NCBI GenBank assembly: GCA_019423345.1
Contig: JAHZBN010000007.1
Span: forward strand, 46,911 to 110,910
Direction of reading: 5' to 3'
DNA: 64,000 nucleotides
Source: Butyricimonas sp.
Lineage (GTDB): Bacteria; Bacteroidota; Bacteroidia; Bacteroidales; Marinifilaceae
The translations under genes and the position numbers were made by a program. This document shows positions 56,354-64,000 of this stretch, piece by piece. The notes below the pieces were generated by a model that was given only the letters and a program-made list of their open reading frames with translations, searched no databases and had not been told where the DNA came from. How positions within the stretch are numbered: the stretch's first letter is position 1; every line of letters begins with the position of its first letter.

Positions 56354-57682
56354 TTATTTTATAGGTAATATCACGGTAAAGGTTGTGCCTGTTCCTACCA
56401 CGCTTTCCGCTGTAATCGATCCCCCGTGTGCCCGAACAACCATTCGTGCGAAATACAGACCTTGCCCGTGGCCATTGATTTTCGTGTCGTTTTGGTGATC
56501 ACCCCTGTGGTAGCGCTTGAAGATATGTTTCAAGGCTTCGGGGGTGATACCCGTACCGTTGTCTTTCACCTCGATGCGAATAGCGTTTGGGTTGATGTCT
56601 TTACACGTGATTCGGATATGTACTTTTTCTCCGGCATATTTTAAAGCGTTATCGATTAAATTTAGGAATACCGGTTGTAAAAAATTAGGGTCTCCGGCTA
56701 TCACGTGTCGATCGGAAAGGTATTGGAGTTGAATATCGGCCTGTTTCTCTTTTACTATATTCCATGAGTCCGAACAACTTAGTTCATCCAACATTTCATA
56801 CAGGTTAAAATCTTTAATTTTCAAGCGCAAACCATGGGCATCCGTGGATTGAAGTAATATCCGGCTGATGGATTGTAATACGTTATTCAATTCGGTTGTA
56901 CTCTTTCCCAGTAAGATTTTTTGTTCGGGAGGAAGAGTTTTGTAAAGTATGTAGTGAAGTTTAAGTTCGGTTTCAATGGGGCGTTTCAAGTCATGTACGA
57001 TATTATGCACGAAAATCTCTCGGTATTTTCCGGCTCTTTTCTCCCAATGAAGCGTGTGAAAAAGCGAAATAACACAGAAAATAAGTAGCAGGGAAATGAA
57101 AAAAACTAATGAGATATGTCCGGAAGCCAAGTCTAAAAATAGTGTGAGAGGGTAATTATAAGAGGCGTATAACGTGTCTTTGGCAAGAAAACCTAACGGA
57201 ATCTTTAATTCACACTCTTGGGAAGAGTTTCGATGGGGTGGATAGGAATCTTTGATTTGATGGATACTATCCTCGATGGCAAAATGAATGGCAAAATTTT
57301 TGATGACATGGGTATCTCGTTTTGCTTGCAAGTAGGAGTGAAAGTGTTGCAAGGTCCAACGGGAGGTATCCTGTATGTCGTAATCACTTTGTTCGATAAT
57401 TTGATATATTTTGTCTTCTGGTTTTAATTGAAAACGGAAAATCTGATCGTTTATGACATAGGTTAATCGGTTATTCTTTGGATTGAAACTGACGGTTTGT
57501 TTCGGATCTGCCATTTTCATGTTAAAATCATAAATCGTGTTGGTGATCCATTCATTTTGCTGATTGATGTATATTGTTTTTTCATGTCGGTATAATTGTT
57601 CTATGTAAATTAATTGATTAAATAGAATAATTATCCCGGCAAGAATGGCAATAAACCAGTAATATCTTAAACTCCGATCCAT
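56354..57682 (-). CDS. sensor histidine kinase (2 TM, ~170-aa periplasmic loop, HisKA + HATPase_c)
   Basis: The start at 57682 (MDRSLRYYWFIAILAG…) is preferred. The track's 57955 start overlaps the divergent peptide gene. H-box FVHNIVHDLKRPI. G-boxes DNGTGI, GHGQGL, GTGTTF. Confidence 0.85.
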   Translation of the reverse strand: MDRSLRYYWFIAILAGIIILFNQLIYIEQLYRHEKTIYINQQNEWITNTIYDFNMKMADPKQTVSFNPKNNRLTYVINDQIFRFQLKPEDKIYQIIEQSDYDIQDTSRWTLQHFHSYLQAKRDTHVIKNFAIHFAIEDSIHQIKDSYPPHRNSSQECELKIPLGFLAKDTLYASYNYPLTLFLDLASGHISLVFFISLLLIFCVISLFHTLHWEKRAGKYREIFVHNIVHDLKRPIETELKLHYILYKTLPPEQKILLGKSTTELNNVLQSISRILLQSTDAHGLRLKIKDFNLYEMLDELSCSDSWNIVKEKQADIQLQYLSDRHVIAGDPNFLQPVFLNLIDNALKYAGEKVHIRITCKDINPNAIRIEVKDNGTGITPEALKHIFKRYHRGDHQNDTKINGHGQGLYFARMVVRAHGGSITAESVVGTGTTFTVILPIK

Positions 57683-57705
57683 TTTCGGTATTCTTTCCGT
57701 TTTGT

Positions 57706-57713
57706 CAAAGATA
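57706..57713 (-). promoter_or_regulatory. -7 promoter box for the HK-RR operon
   Basis: The minus strand reads tatctttg, about 24 nt upstream of the HK ATG. Confidence 0.4.
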
Positions 57714-57720
57714 TTGATTT

Positions 57721-57738
57721 TGCAACCCACGTGCAACC
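57721..57738. promoter_or_regulatory. direct repeat TGCAACC-N4-TGCAACC (11-bp phasing), candidate OmpR-type response-regulator site
   Basis: tgcaacccacgtgcaacc in the 112-bp divergent intergenic region between the HK and peptide genes. Confidence 0.3.
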
Positions 57739-57794
57739 GTTTTCTTCGAAAATTAAGCTTTAAAGGTCTATTTTTATCACAAAAATTTACGATT

Positions 57795-58031
57795 ATGAAG
57801 AAAAAGTGGTACGTGTTAATAATTTTAATGTTTATGGCCTGTGCGATCATGTTGAACTTGGATTTGAGTATCCAAGGGAATAGTAATAACAATTCCACGT
57901 TAACCTTAGAAAATATTGAAGCTTTGGGATCCCCGGAATCCGGGGGAGGCTTCAAATATTGTATTCAAGCGGGGGGATATTGTTTTGAGAATGGGATTAA
58001 AGTTAAAGGTATATCAATGAAGGACGAATGA
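57795..58031 (+). CDS. NVEALA-family-like small membrane-anchored/secreted peptide
   Basis: 78 aa from the ATG at 57795: MKKKWYVLIILMFMACAIMLNL…TLENIEALGSPESGGGFKYCIQAGGYCFENGIKVKGISMKDE. The NIEALG motif is in the place of NVEALA. ATGA overlap with the next gene. Confidence 0.6.
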   Translation: MKKKWYVLIILMFMACAIMLNLDLSIQGNSNNNSTLTLENIEALGSPESGGGFKYCIQAGGYCFENGIKVKGISMKDE

Positions 58032-59068
58032 AACATTTGGTATTATATTGTTTGTTAGGAAGTCTCTCTCTAGGATGCACGGAGCATGGCATGGAGAGTG
58101 ATAGTTTGAAAGTTATAAAAAGTGAACGGGTAATTACCACTCGTTTGGTCGACATGTCACGTTGGGGGATACATGAGGTAAACGGGTTCGTGAAACAGGG
58201 AGATCGGATTGTAGTGGAAACGGGAGGCGAATACGGAGAGATCAAGACCATTGATTTGGATGGTCCGGGGACGTTGGATTTGACCGGTCGAGGAGAATCT
58301 TTAAATGATCGTTTCCGGAGTTTGAGCTCGTTCAACTCGTTTGACGGGAAGACCGTGACGGCCTTGGATTTCAGGAAGGGAGAGCTGATTGTGAAGTCGA
58401 TCTCTTCTCTCGCTCGTTCTGGCAACTCGGAGACCGTAGTCCAGCTTCCCTCGGGTGAACAACATTTGATTGCGGCACAGGTCGGGGATCGAGTGATCGC
58501 CACGGGCTTGTATGAAAAGGGACGCTACTTGCTATATTCCTTACCGGATCAGTCGGCACGTTATTCTCTTTCTTACCCGGATCATCCCGTTTATCCCGGC
58601 TTGCAGGAAAAGACAAAAGCGATGCTTTACGCTAGCAACGTGTTGCGTGTTCGTCCGGATGGAGGAGCGTTTGTTTGTGCCGACATGTATAGCGGGGTTA
58701 TAGACTTTTGCCGGGTGACGGCTGATTCTATCGAGCGGGTACGATTGGTTCGATTACATTACCCGGAAGTCGAGGTATCGGAAATCCCTTCTTCACGAGT
58801 GACTTATTGCCAGGGGAACCGTTTCGGTTTTCTGGATGTTGCGGTAACAGAAGATAAGGTGTATGCCCTTTATTCCGGGAAAACCTACAAGATGGATCGG
58901 GGCAGGGCTTTTGAATCTAACTGCCTGCTCGTGTATGATTGGGAAGGGAACCTGATCCGGACACTTTATTTTGGTGATGCCTTGACGGGGATTAGCTATG
59001 ACCGGGAAGAGGGGATGTTGTACGGGATTACGGAAGACGGGAGTTTGATACGTGTGAATTGTCTATGA
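58028..59068 (+). CDS. 6-bladed beta-propeller lipoprotein (TolB-like / BF3164-family-like)
   Basis: 346 aa. Lipobox SLSLGC. C-terminal pattern VYALYSG…LLVYDWEGNLIRTLYFGDALTGISYDREEGMLYGITEDGSLIRV. Confidence 0.6.
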   Translation: MKHLVLYCLLGSLSLGCTEHGMESDSLKVIKSERVITTRLVDMSRWGIHEVNGFVKQGDRIVVETGGEYGEIKTIDLDGPGTLDLTGRGESLNDRFRSLSSFNSFDGKTVTALDFRKGELIVKSISSLARSGNSETVVQLPSGEQHLIAAQVGDRVIATGLYEKGRYLLYSLPDQSARYSLSYPDHPVYPGLQEKTKAMLYASNVLRVRPDGGAFVCADMYSGVIDFCRVTADSIERVRLVRLHYPEVEVSEIPSSRVTYCQGNRFGFLDVAVTEDKVYALYSGKTYKMDRGRAFESNCLLVYDWEGNLIRTLYFGDALTGISYDREEGMLYGITEDGSLIRVNCL

Positions 59069-59080
59069 AAATGTAAGATT

Positions 59081-60808
59081 ATGTTAGCGATAAAAAGTAT
59101 TCCAATATATTTTATTTTACTATTGGCCCCGGTGTTATGGCACTTGGATCATTCGTTACCGGGAATAACAGCGGGTTTTGTAGGAGTATTATTACTGGTC
59201 ATTTGTTCTGTCTTGTTCTTTAAACATCGCGGTTGCCGTTTTAATTTGGTAGATTTATTGTTCGTGTTGTTCGTGGTCTGGTACGTGGGGCGAACAGTTG
59301 GAACGGTGTCTTCCATGTATACTTGGAAGTTATTGTTAGGGAGTGCAGCCATTATTTTGTACGCTTATGTTAGAAATATCGAGCTGAAAGCGATCTACTT
59401 TAACGTGCTTTTTATTGCAGGAATTTTTCAGGCGATATGGTTTTTTGTCCAGTTACTAGGTTTGTTTCCCTCGTATAACTATTTATACCCGGGGACAGGA
59501 GGATTTATGAATCCTGCTATTCTTGCTGTTTTTCTCGCTATAGCTTGTTTAGCCGGGGTGGTTGGTTTTTATTATAAAGAGAGGGTGTATGTGCGTGTAC
59601 TCCGGGGGGCGGGAGTAATATTACTACTTGTCACGTTAGGATGGCTAGCATCTCGTGCGGCTTGGGTTGGTTTAATGCTAGGCATTTTATGGATCGTGCT
59701 GGTCGGAAGGCGATGGAGATTTACCCGTTTCTTGGAAAATATGTTCAAACAATATCGTTTTGGGAAGTATATTCTATTCTTGCTTGTGATTGCCATCTCT
59801 GCAAGCGTGATTTATATTCTTTATTTGTTGCATCCGGCTTCCGTGCAGGGACGTTTTTTAATCTGGCAAGTTGCCGGGAGAATGTTCCTAGATGCTCCAT
59901 GTTTTGGTGGTGGTTCTTTCGCCGCGTTGTATATGCCTGCGCAAGGAGCGTGGCTCGAAGCGCATCCCGGGTCTTCCTTCGCGATGGTTGCAGGGAATAA
60001 TGAACATGTCTTTAATGAATTTCTACGAGTGGCTTGTGAAACCGGGATTGTGGGGTTACTTCTTTTCGTGGGGTTAGTCGTGACGTGTTTTTATTTTGCT
60101 GCAAAAGGGAATCGAATTTCTCGCTTTACCGGGGGTATTTTAGTCGTGATTTTGGCATTCGGTTTGTTTAGTTATCCTCTTTCCGTCGAGGTTGTAGGTG
60201 CCATTGCTATTATTTCTTTAGCTGTTATATCTCGTGATGCACGTCACGCGAGAGAATGGGTTGTTAGTTTGGATAATAGTTTCACTTTTATACTAAGGAT
60301 AGCCGTGGTCTTGTTCGTTTTTGTGTTGACTATCGAGTATTATCACGAGAAAAAGGCGGATGTTCTCTTGACAAAGACACGAGGAACGGAACCTGTGAAT
60401 TGGAACGAGCTAAAGACATGTTACGAGCGTTTGGGGGGTAATCCTGATTTTGTCCTGTGTTACGGGCGAACTTTGTTTACCCGTGGCGAATTTTCGAACG
60501 CTTTACCCGTTCTTGAAAGAGGTTTTTTGTTAAGACCGACTTCCGAACTTGTTTGCGATCTGGGTAGATGCTACATGTACCGGGGACAGTGGAAGGAGGC
60601 AGAACAAAAATATCGTCTTGCAGCCAATATGGTTCCCGCGTATATCACGCCCCGTCATCTCTTGTTTAAATTGTATGATATGCAAGGAATGTCACGAGAG
60701 GCAGGGCAAGAGGCAGAGTACATGCTGACAATGCCCGTGAAGATTGTAAACTCTTCCGTGATTAGAGCCCGTGGACAAGCAAGGGAATTTTTGAAAAGTA
60801 AAGAGTGA
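59081..60808 (+). CDS. O-antigen ligase/polymerase-like (Wzy_C) polytopic membrane protein with a C-terminal TPR region
   Basis: 575 aa, about 10+ TM segments. Wzy_C-type loop NEHVFNEFLRVACETGIVGLLLF. TPR-like tail (…RGQWKEAEQKYRLAANMVP…). Confidence 0.75.
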   Translation: MLAIKSIPIYFILLLAPVLWHLDHSLPGITAGFVGVLLLVICSVLFFKHRGCRFNLVDLLFVLFVVWYVGRTVGTVSSMYTWKLLLGSAAIILYAYVRNIELKAIYFNVLFIAGIFQAIWFFVQLLGLFPSYNYLYPGTGGFMNPAILAVFLAIACLAGVVGFYYKERVYVRVLRGAGVILLLVTLGWLASRAAWVGLMLGILWIVLVGRRWRFTRFLENMFKQYRFGKYILFLLVIAISASVIYILYLLHPASVQGRFLIWQVAGRMFLDAPCFGGGSFAALYMPAQGAWLEAHPGSSFAMVAGNNEHVFNEFLRVACETGIVGLLLFVGLVVTCFYFAAKGNRISRFTGGILVVILAFGLFSYPLSVEVVGAIAIISLAVISRDARHAREWVVSLDNSFTFILRIAVVLFVFVLTIEYYHEKKADVLLTKTRGTEPVNWNELKTCYERLGGNPDFVLCYGRTLFTRGEFSNALPVLERGFLLRPTSELVCDLGRCYMYRGQWKEAEQKYRLAANMVPAYITPRHLLFKLYDMQGMSREAGQEAEYMLTMPVKIVNSSVIRARGQAREFLKSKE

Positions 60809-60883
60809 ATGTCATGACACCAAATATATTTTTTGCAAAAAAGAGTTTTTGAACCTATTGTATGAATTATTAAAAAGTTGATT

Positions 60884-62158
60884 ATGAAAAAAACGAAGTT
60901 TTGGTTTTTGGGAATAATCTTAGCCTTGATTTATTCCTGTTCAGACGACTTTGATGCCGTCGAGGAATCCCCTCAAGATTTTGGGATTTCGGAAGCACAG
61001 TCTTATTTTGAGACGAATGCGACGGATTTAGCTCCGCTTATGTTCTCGAATCCTCTCGCGAGGTCGACTAATTTGGTGATGCCGGAATTGATCCCGGAGT
61101 GGGATAAGGCAATAGAAAGTATTGAAGATGATTACCAAATAACGGAGATACCTCTTTGGTCCCAGCCGAATGTAATTTGCGTGGAAAGTATCATTAAAGA
61201 TTATGAATTCTTTGCTGAAAATAGCATATCTTGTGGACGTCGCTTGGTGATAGCACGAGGAAGTGATGGGAAGACGGATATGTTTGTGGCCACGTTGATC
61301 CCTGATGAGAAATATTCAAAAAATCCTGAGGGAGCTTTTACTGGGCGTGTACTTTATTCGGAACTCAATGGTAAGTTTAGAAAAGCCGTGAGGTATAAAA
61401 ATGGAGAATTAGAAGGGGACTTGTTAATAGTAGGAGCTTATGGTTTTGCAATACAGACAGAGAAAGATGTCCCCACGGGTTATTCTAAACTTACTTTCAT
61501 GGAAGGAAATCCCGTTTTACGAGCCGCAACATATTCTAATAGTGAAAGTGGGGGAGGAAGCTGGGGAGGCGGTGGCGGCGGAGGTGGAATTGGCGGAGGC
61601 GGAATTGGTGGCGGTGGTAGCGGAACTGGAGGAAGTGGAGGTGGAACTGGAGGTGGATATGATCCAGATTATGACCTAGGAGTTGCTGCTCGAGAAAAAA
61701 TAATATCAGATTTGAATTATGGTAAGACGCAGATGGTATACGTGCAGCCGAGAAGTATTGGGGGATATAATTTACTTGATGGAGCTGGACTTGTAACAAA
61801 TACGTATGGTATAGCCACGTCATGTTTCAATTTTTTAAATGAAATGACGCGGAAGCAACTTCAGCTATTTGGTAATTCTGTAGGATATTTGGGAGTAGGG
61901 ATAAGTTTTGCTCAAACAATTATCGCATTTACTGATGGTGATATTACGGGTAACGACATTTTAGGAGCTGTTTCTACGGCACTCGGTGCTGCTAGTTATG
62001 CTTTTGCTGCTGCTGGATTGTTTCCTGTTGCTGGAGTGGTTGGCATTGTTTCTACAATGATAAATTTAGCAGGACAATCTTTGTTAATTCAAGTTCCTTT
62101 AGAAGATGGTCATAATGTTTATGTATACATATCACCGAATATGACATCATTTGCTTAA
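60884..62158 (+). CDS. lipoprotein with N-terminal globular domain, ~36-aa poly-Gly linker and a glycine-zipper-rich hydrophobic C-terminal domain (candidate membrane-active toxin)
   Basis: ATG at 60884. Lipobox LIYSC. Linker GGGSWGGGGGGGGIGGGGIGGGGSGTGGSGGGTGGG. C-terminus VGYLGVGISFAQTIIAF … ILGAVSTALGAASYAFAAAGLFPVAGVVGIVSTMINLAG. Confidence 0.6.
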   Translation: MKKTKFWFLGIILALIYSCSDDFDAVEESPQDFGISEAQSYFETNATDLAPLMFSNPLARSTNLVMPELIPEWDKAIESIEDDYQITEIPLWSQPNVICVESIIKDYEFFAENSISCGRRLVIARGSDGKTDMFVATLIPDEKYSKNPEGAFTGRVLYSELNGKFRKAVRYKNGELEGDLLIVGAYGFAIQTEKDVPTGYSKLTFMEGNPVLRAATYSNSESGGGSWGGGGGGGGIGGGGIGGGGSGTGGSGGGTGGGYDPDYDLGVAAREKIISDLNYGKTQMVYVQPRSIGGYNLLDGAGLVTNTYGIATSCFNFLNEMTRKQLQLFGNSVGYLGVGISFAQTIIAFTDGDITGNDILGAVSTALGAASYAFAAAGLFPVAGVVGIVSTMINLAGQSLLIQVPLEDGHNVYVYISPNMTSFA

Positions 62159-62256
62159 TTTTGTTGTGAACTAACGTTTTTGTTAATAGCATTATTCTGA
62201 GTAGCTTGATATTTTTTATATTAGGCTACTTGGAATAATGTAAAATATTAAAGTTA

Positions 62257-62730
62257 ATGAAAAAATATCGTCGTTCTTTTTGGGCAGCATCCTGTGTAAA
62301 TTCAATGATAATACCATGGATAGTAGCGTTTGTATTCAGTTATTTATCAGTTAAAGATAGAATAGATATTTCGAGAGTACTTTCTTTTTATGGATTGATA
62401 TTTGGGGGTATTCCAACTTTAGTCATTTTGGCTTATTTCTTCGTGTCGGAGTTTTATGTTATCTTGTCAGATGATGCGTTGATCTTAAAGAATGCGATTT
62501 GTCCGTTTTGGAAGAAGAAAGTGTATTATAATGACATGGTGAAAGTAAAGATAATTTACTATGGAGGTGGTCCTTCAATTCCTTTCATGAAAATAGCTAC
62601 CACCAAGGCACAACGATCGGGGCGTTATTATCTGGATCGTGTTCGTCTTAAAGATTTTCCAGAGATAATAGATTTTTTGAGGGAGAAGGGGATTGAAGTT
62701 TATGTAAAGGGGATGGAATGTTTTAAATGA
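62257..62730 (+). CDS. two-TM protein with soluble C-terminal domain, array member A1
   Basis: 157 aa. TM1 IIPWIVAFVFSYL, TM2 GLIFGGIPTLVILAYFFV. Also LILKNAICPFWKKKVYY … RYYLDRVRLKDFPEIIDFLREKGIEV. Confidence 0.6.
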   Translation: MKKYRRSFWAASCVNSMIIPWIVAFVFSYLSVKDRIDISRVLSFYGLIFGGIPTLVILAYFFVSEFYVILSDDALILKNAICPFWKKKVYYNDMVKVKIIYYGGGPSIPFMKIATTKAQRSGRYYLDRVRLKDFPEIIDFLREKGIEVYVKGMECFK

Positions 62731-62781
62731 AACATAGTAGAGAACAAGAACTATAGATAATTTTGTAAGAAACAATAACAA

Positions 62782-63237
62782 ATGAAAACCTTCCGTCGTT
62801 CTTTTGGGAAAACAACAACATTTAAACATATGTTCATGCCGTTTTTAATACCCTTATTGTTGTTTTTTATTTTTTACGATTATAATCTTAATTCAGTAGC
62901 ATGGTGTTATTTACTTTTAGTAGTATTAATATTTTTAATCGCTCTTATTTTTCAATTATTTTATATAGTATTGGAAGATAATTTTTTTGTTATAAAGAAT
63001 GGAATTTGTCCATTTTTGTATGAAAAACATTTTTATAAGAATGTAGAAAAAGTAAATATCAAACGTCCTGGAGGAATGACCCCTCCCTATATTCAAGTTA
63101 TTACGAAGAAAAATAGAAAACATGCGTGGAAATATATTATAGATTTAGTAGCTCCAAAAGAATATGACAAATTAGTTGAGGCTATTAAGTCAAAAGGTGT
63201 TATTGTTGATAACGAGAATCTTGTAAATTGGAATTAA
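62782..63237 (+). CDS. two-TM protein, array member B1 (divergent subtype)
   Basis: 151 aa. MKTFRRSFG…, FVIKNGICPFLYEKHFY, …YDKLVEAIKSKGV. Confidence 0.6.
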   Translation: MKTFRRSFGKTTTFKHMFMPFLIPLLLFFIFYDYNLNSVAWCYLLLVVLIFLIALIFQLFYIVLEDNFFVIKNGICPFLYEKHFYKNVEKVNIKRPGGMTPPYIQVITKKNRKHAWKYIIDLVAPKEYDKLVEAIKSKGVIVDNENLVNWN

Positions 63238-63314
63238 TGTATAAGATTGAATTAGAAAATGTGAATTTTTAACAGGTAAGAGCATTAGAGAATTGATAAT
63301 GAATATTATATTTT

Positions 63315-63782
63315 ATGAAAACATTCCGTAATTCTTTTTGGTCGGGTCGATGGGTACAATCAATATTTATACCATGGACGGTAGCGAATGTATTATGTGT
63401 TTTGATTGTAATGAATAATGTTGATTTTACGAAATTATTCTCATGGTATGGATTGATAATACTTTTACCGAACTTGTTATTTTATGGCATAGTATTCTTA
63501 TCAGAATTTTATATTATATTCTCGAATGACGCTTTAATCCTAAAAAATGCCATTTGTCCGTTTTGGACGAAAAAGGTTTTTTATGGAGATCCGGTAAAAT
63601 TAAAGATTATTTATTTTAGTGGCTATACAATACCTTACATACAAATCATAAGAGGTGCAAGAAAATTTGCTTGGCGTTATTATCTAGATCGTGTTCGTCT
63701 TAAAGATTTTCCCGCAATAATAGATTATTTGAGAGAGAAAGGGATTGAAGTTCATGTCAATGGAATGGAATATTTTAAATGA
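63315..63782 (+). CDS. two-TM protein, array member A2
   Basis: 155 aa. LILKNAICPFWTKKVFY … RYYLDRVRLKDFPAIIDYLREKGIEV. Closest to A1. Confidence 0.6.
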   Translation: MKTFRNSFWSGRWVQSIFIPWTVANVLCVLIVMNNVDFTKLFSWYGLIILLPNLLFYGIVFLSEFYIIFSNDALILKNAICPFWTKKVFYGDPVKLKIIYFSGYTIPYIQIIRGARKFAWRYYLDRVRLKDFPAIIDYLREKGIEVHVNGMEYFK

Positions 63783-63832
63783 AACATAGTAGAGAACAAG
63801 AACTATAGATAATTTTGTAAAAACAATAACAA

Positions 63833-64000
63833 ATGAAAACATTCCGTCGTTCTTTTTGGCAAGCAACTACCTCTAAATGGTATATCACGTTTACGGTAAT
63901 AGTGGCGATTTTAATCACGCCTTTCGTTTATTTTGCAACTCATTCTTTGGGAGCTTGTTTACTATTGTTATTAATATGGAGCCTCGTGTGTTTTCCCATA
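63833..64000 (+). CDS. two-TM protein, array member B2 (5' partial, runs off the window)
   Basis: ATG at 63833 after an intergenic spacer nearly identical to 62731-62781. Reads MKTFRRSFWQATTSKWYITFTVIVAILITPF…; open to the window end. Confidence 0.5.
   Translation, partial: MKTFRRSFWQATTSKWYITFTVIVAILITPFVYFATHSLGACLLLLLIWSLVCFPI

Noticed and set aside
57683-57955. Long N-terminal extension of the histidine kinase ORF
   Set aside because: It would overlap the divergent peptide gene and its promoter region. The ATG at 57682 is followed directly by the first TM helix and preceded by a -7 box.
61440-61823. ORFs 61440..61679 (+) and 61536..61823 (-) across the Gly tract
   Set aside because: These are alternative-frame and antisense readings of the ggn repeat (poly-E/A/V and H/L/Q-rich), fully inside the better-supported lipoprotein gene.

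Overview
Bacteroidota-type chromosomal segment: SusC/SusD loci, many lipoproteins and TAnnTTTG -7 promoter boxes. No rRNA, tRNA, CRISPR, integrase or transposase was seen.

Layout:
- (1) 0-0.5 kb: frameshifted tail of a RecG-like regulator.
- (2) 0.7-14.8 kb: a FecR / SusC(STN) / SusD / two surface lipoproteins / fused TldD-PmbA peptidase / TlpA locus.
- (3) 14.8-21 kb: AT-rich accessory stretch with a stand-alone LytTR regulator, an ATPase gene scar, and a phage-less lysis cassette (3TM holin + amidase) bracketed by two paralogous unknown proteins.
- (4) 21-31.8 kb: a paralogous second FecR/SusC/SusD/.../TlpA locus, again without an ECF sigma gene.
- (5) 31.8-36.5 kb: secreted proteins, including a decayed tandem duplication of a three-gene cassette with an HExxH lipoprotein, a twin retropepsin-like protease and an orphan ECF sigma.
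- (6) 36.5-54.4 kb: housekeeping genes (lepA, pstS, uraA-like, yicC, gmk, nadD, YitT, TetR-TolC-MFP-RND-PG0541-like operon, dnaG). An orphan cobalamin riboswitch here points into the 3' end of nadD.
- (7) 54.4-64 kb: the most interesting block. A two-component system is divergent from an NVEALA-like peptide / 6-bladed propeller lipoprotein / O-antigen-ligase-like TPR protein operon. This is followed by a lipoprotein with a poly-Gly linker and a glycine-zipper hydrophobic tail, and then a diversifying array of at least 4 two-TM paralogues. I read this as a candidate regulated bacteriocin/immunity-type system.

Two dispersed intergenic repeat families (ttttcaa heptamers; tttagatttacgatt-like motifs) recur throughout.
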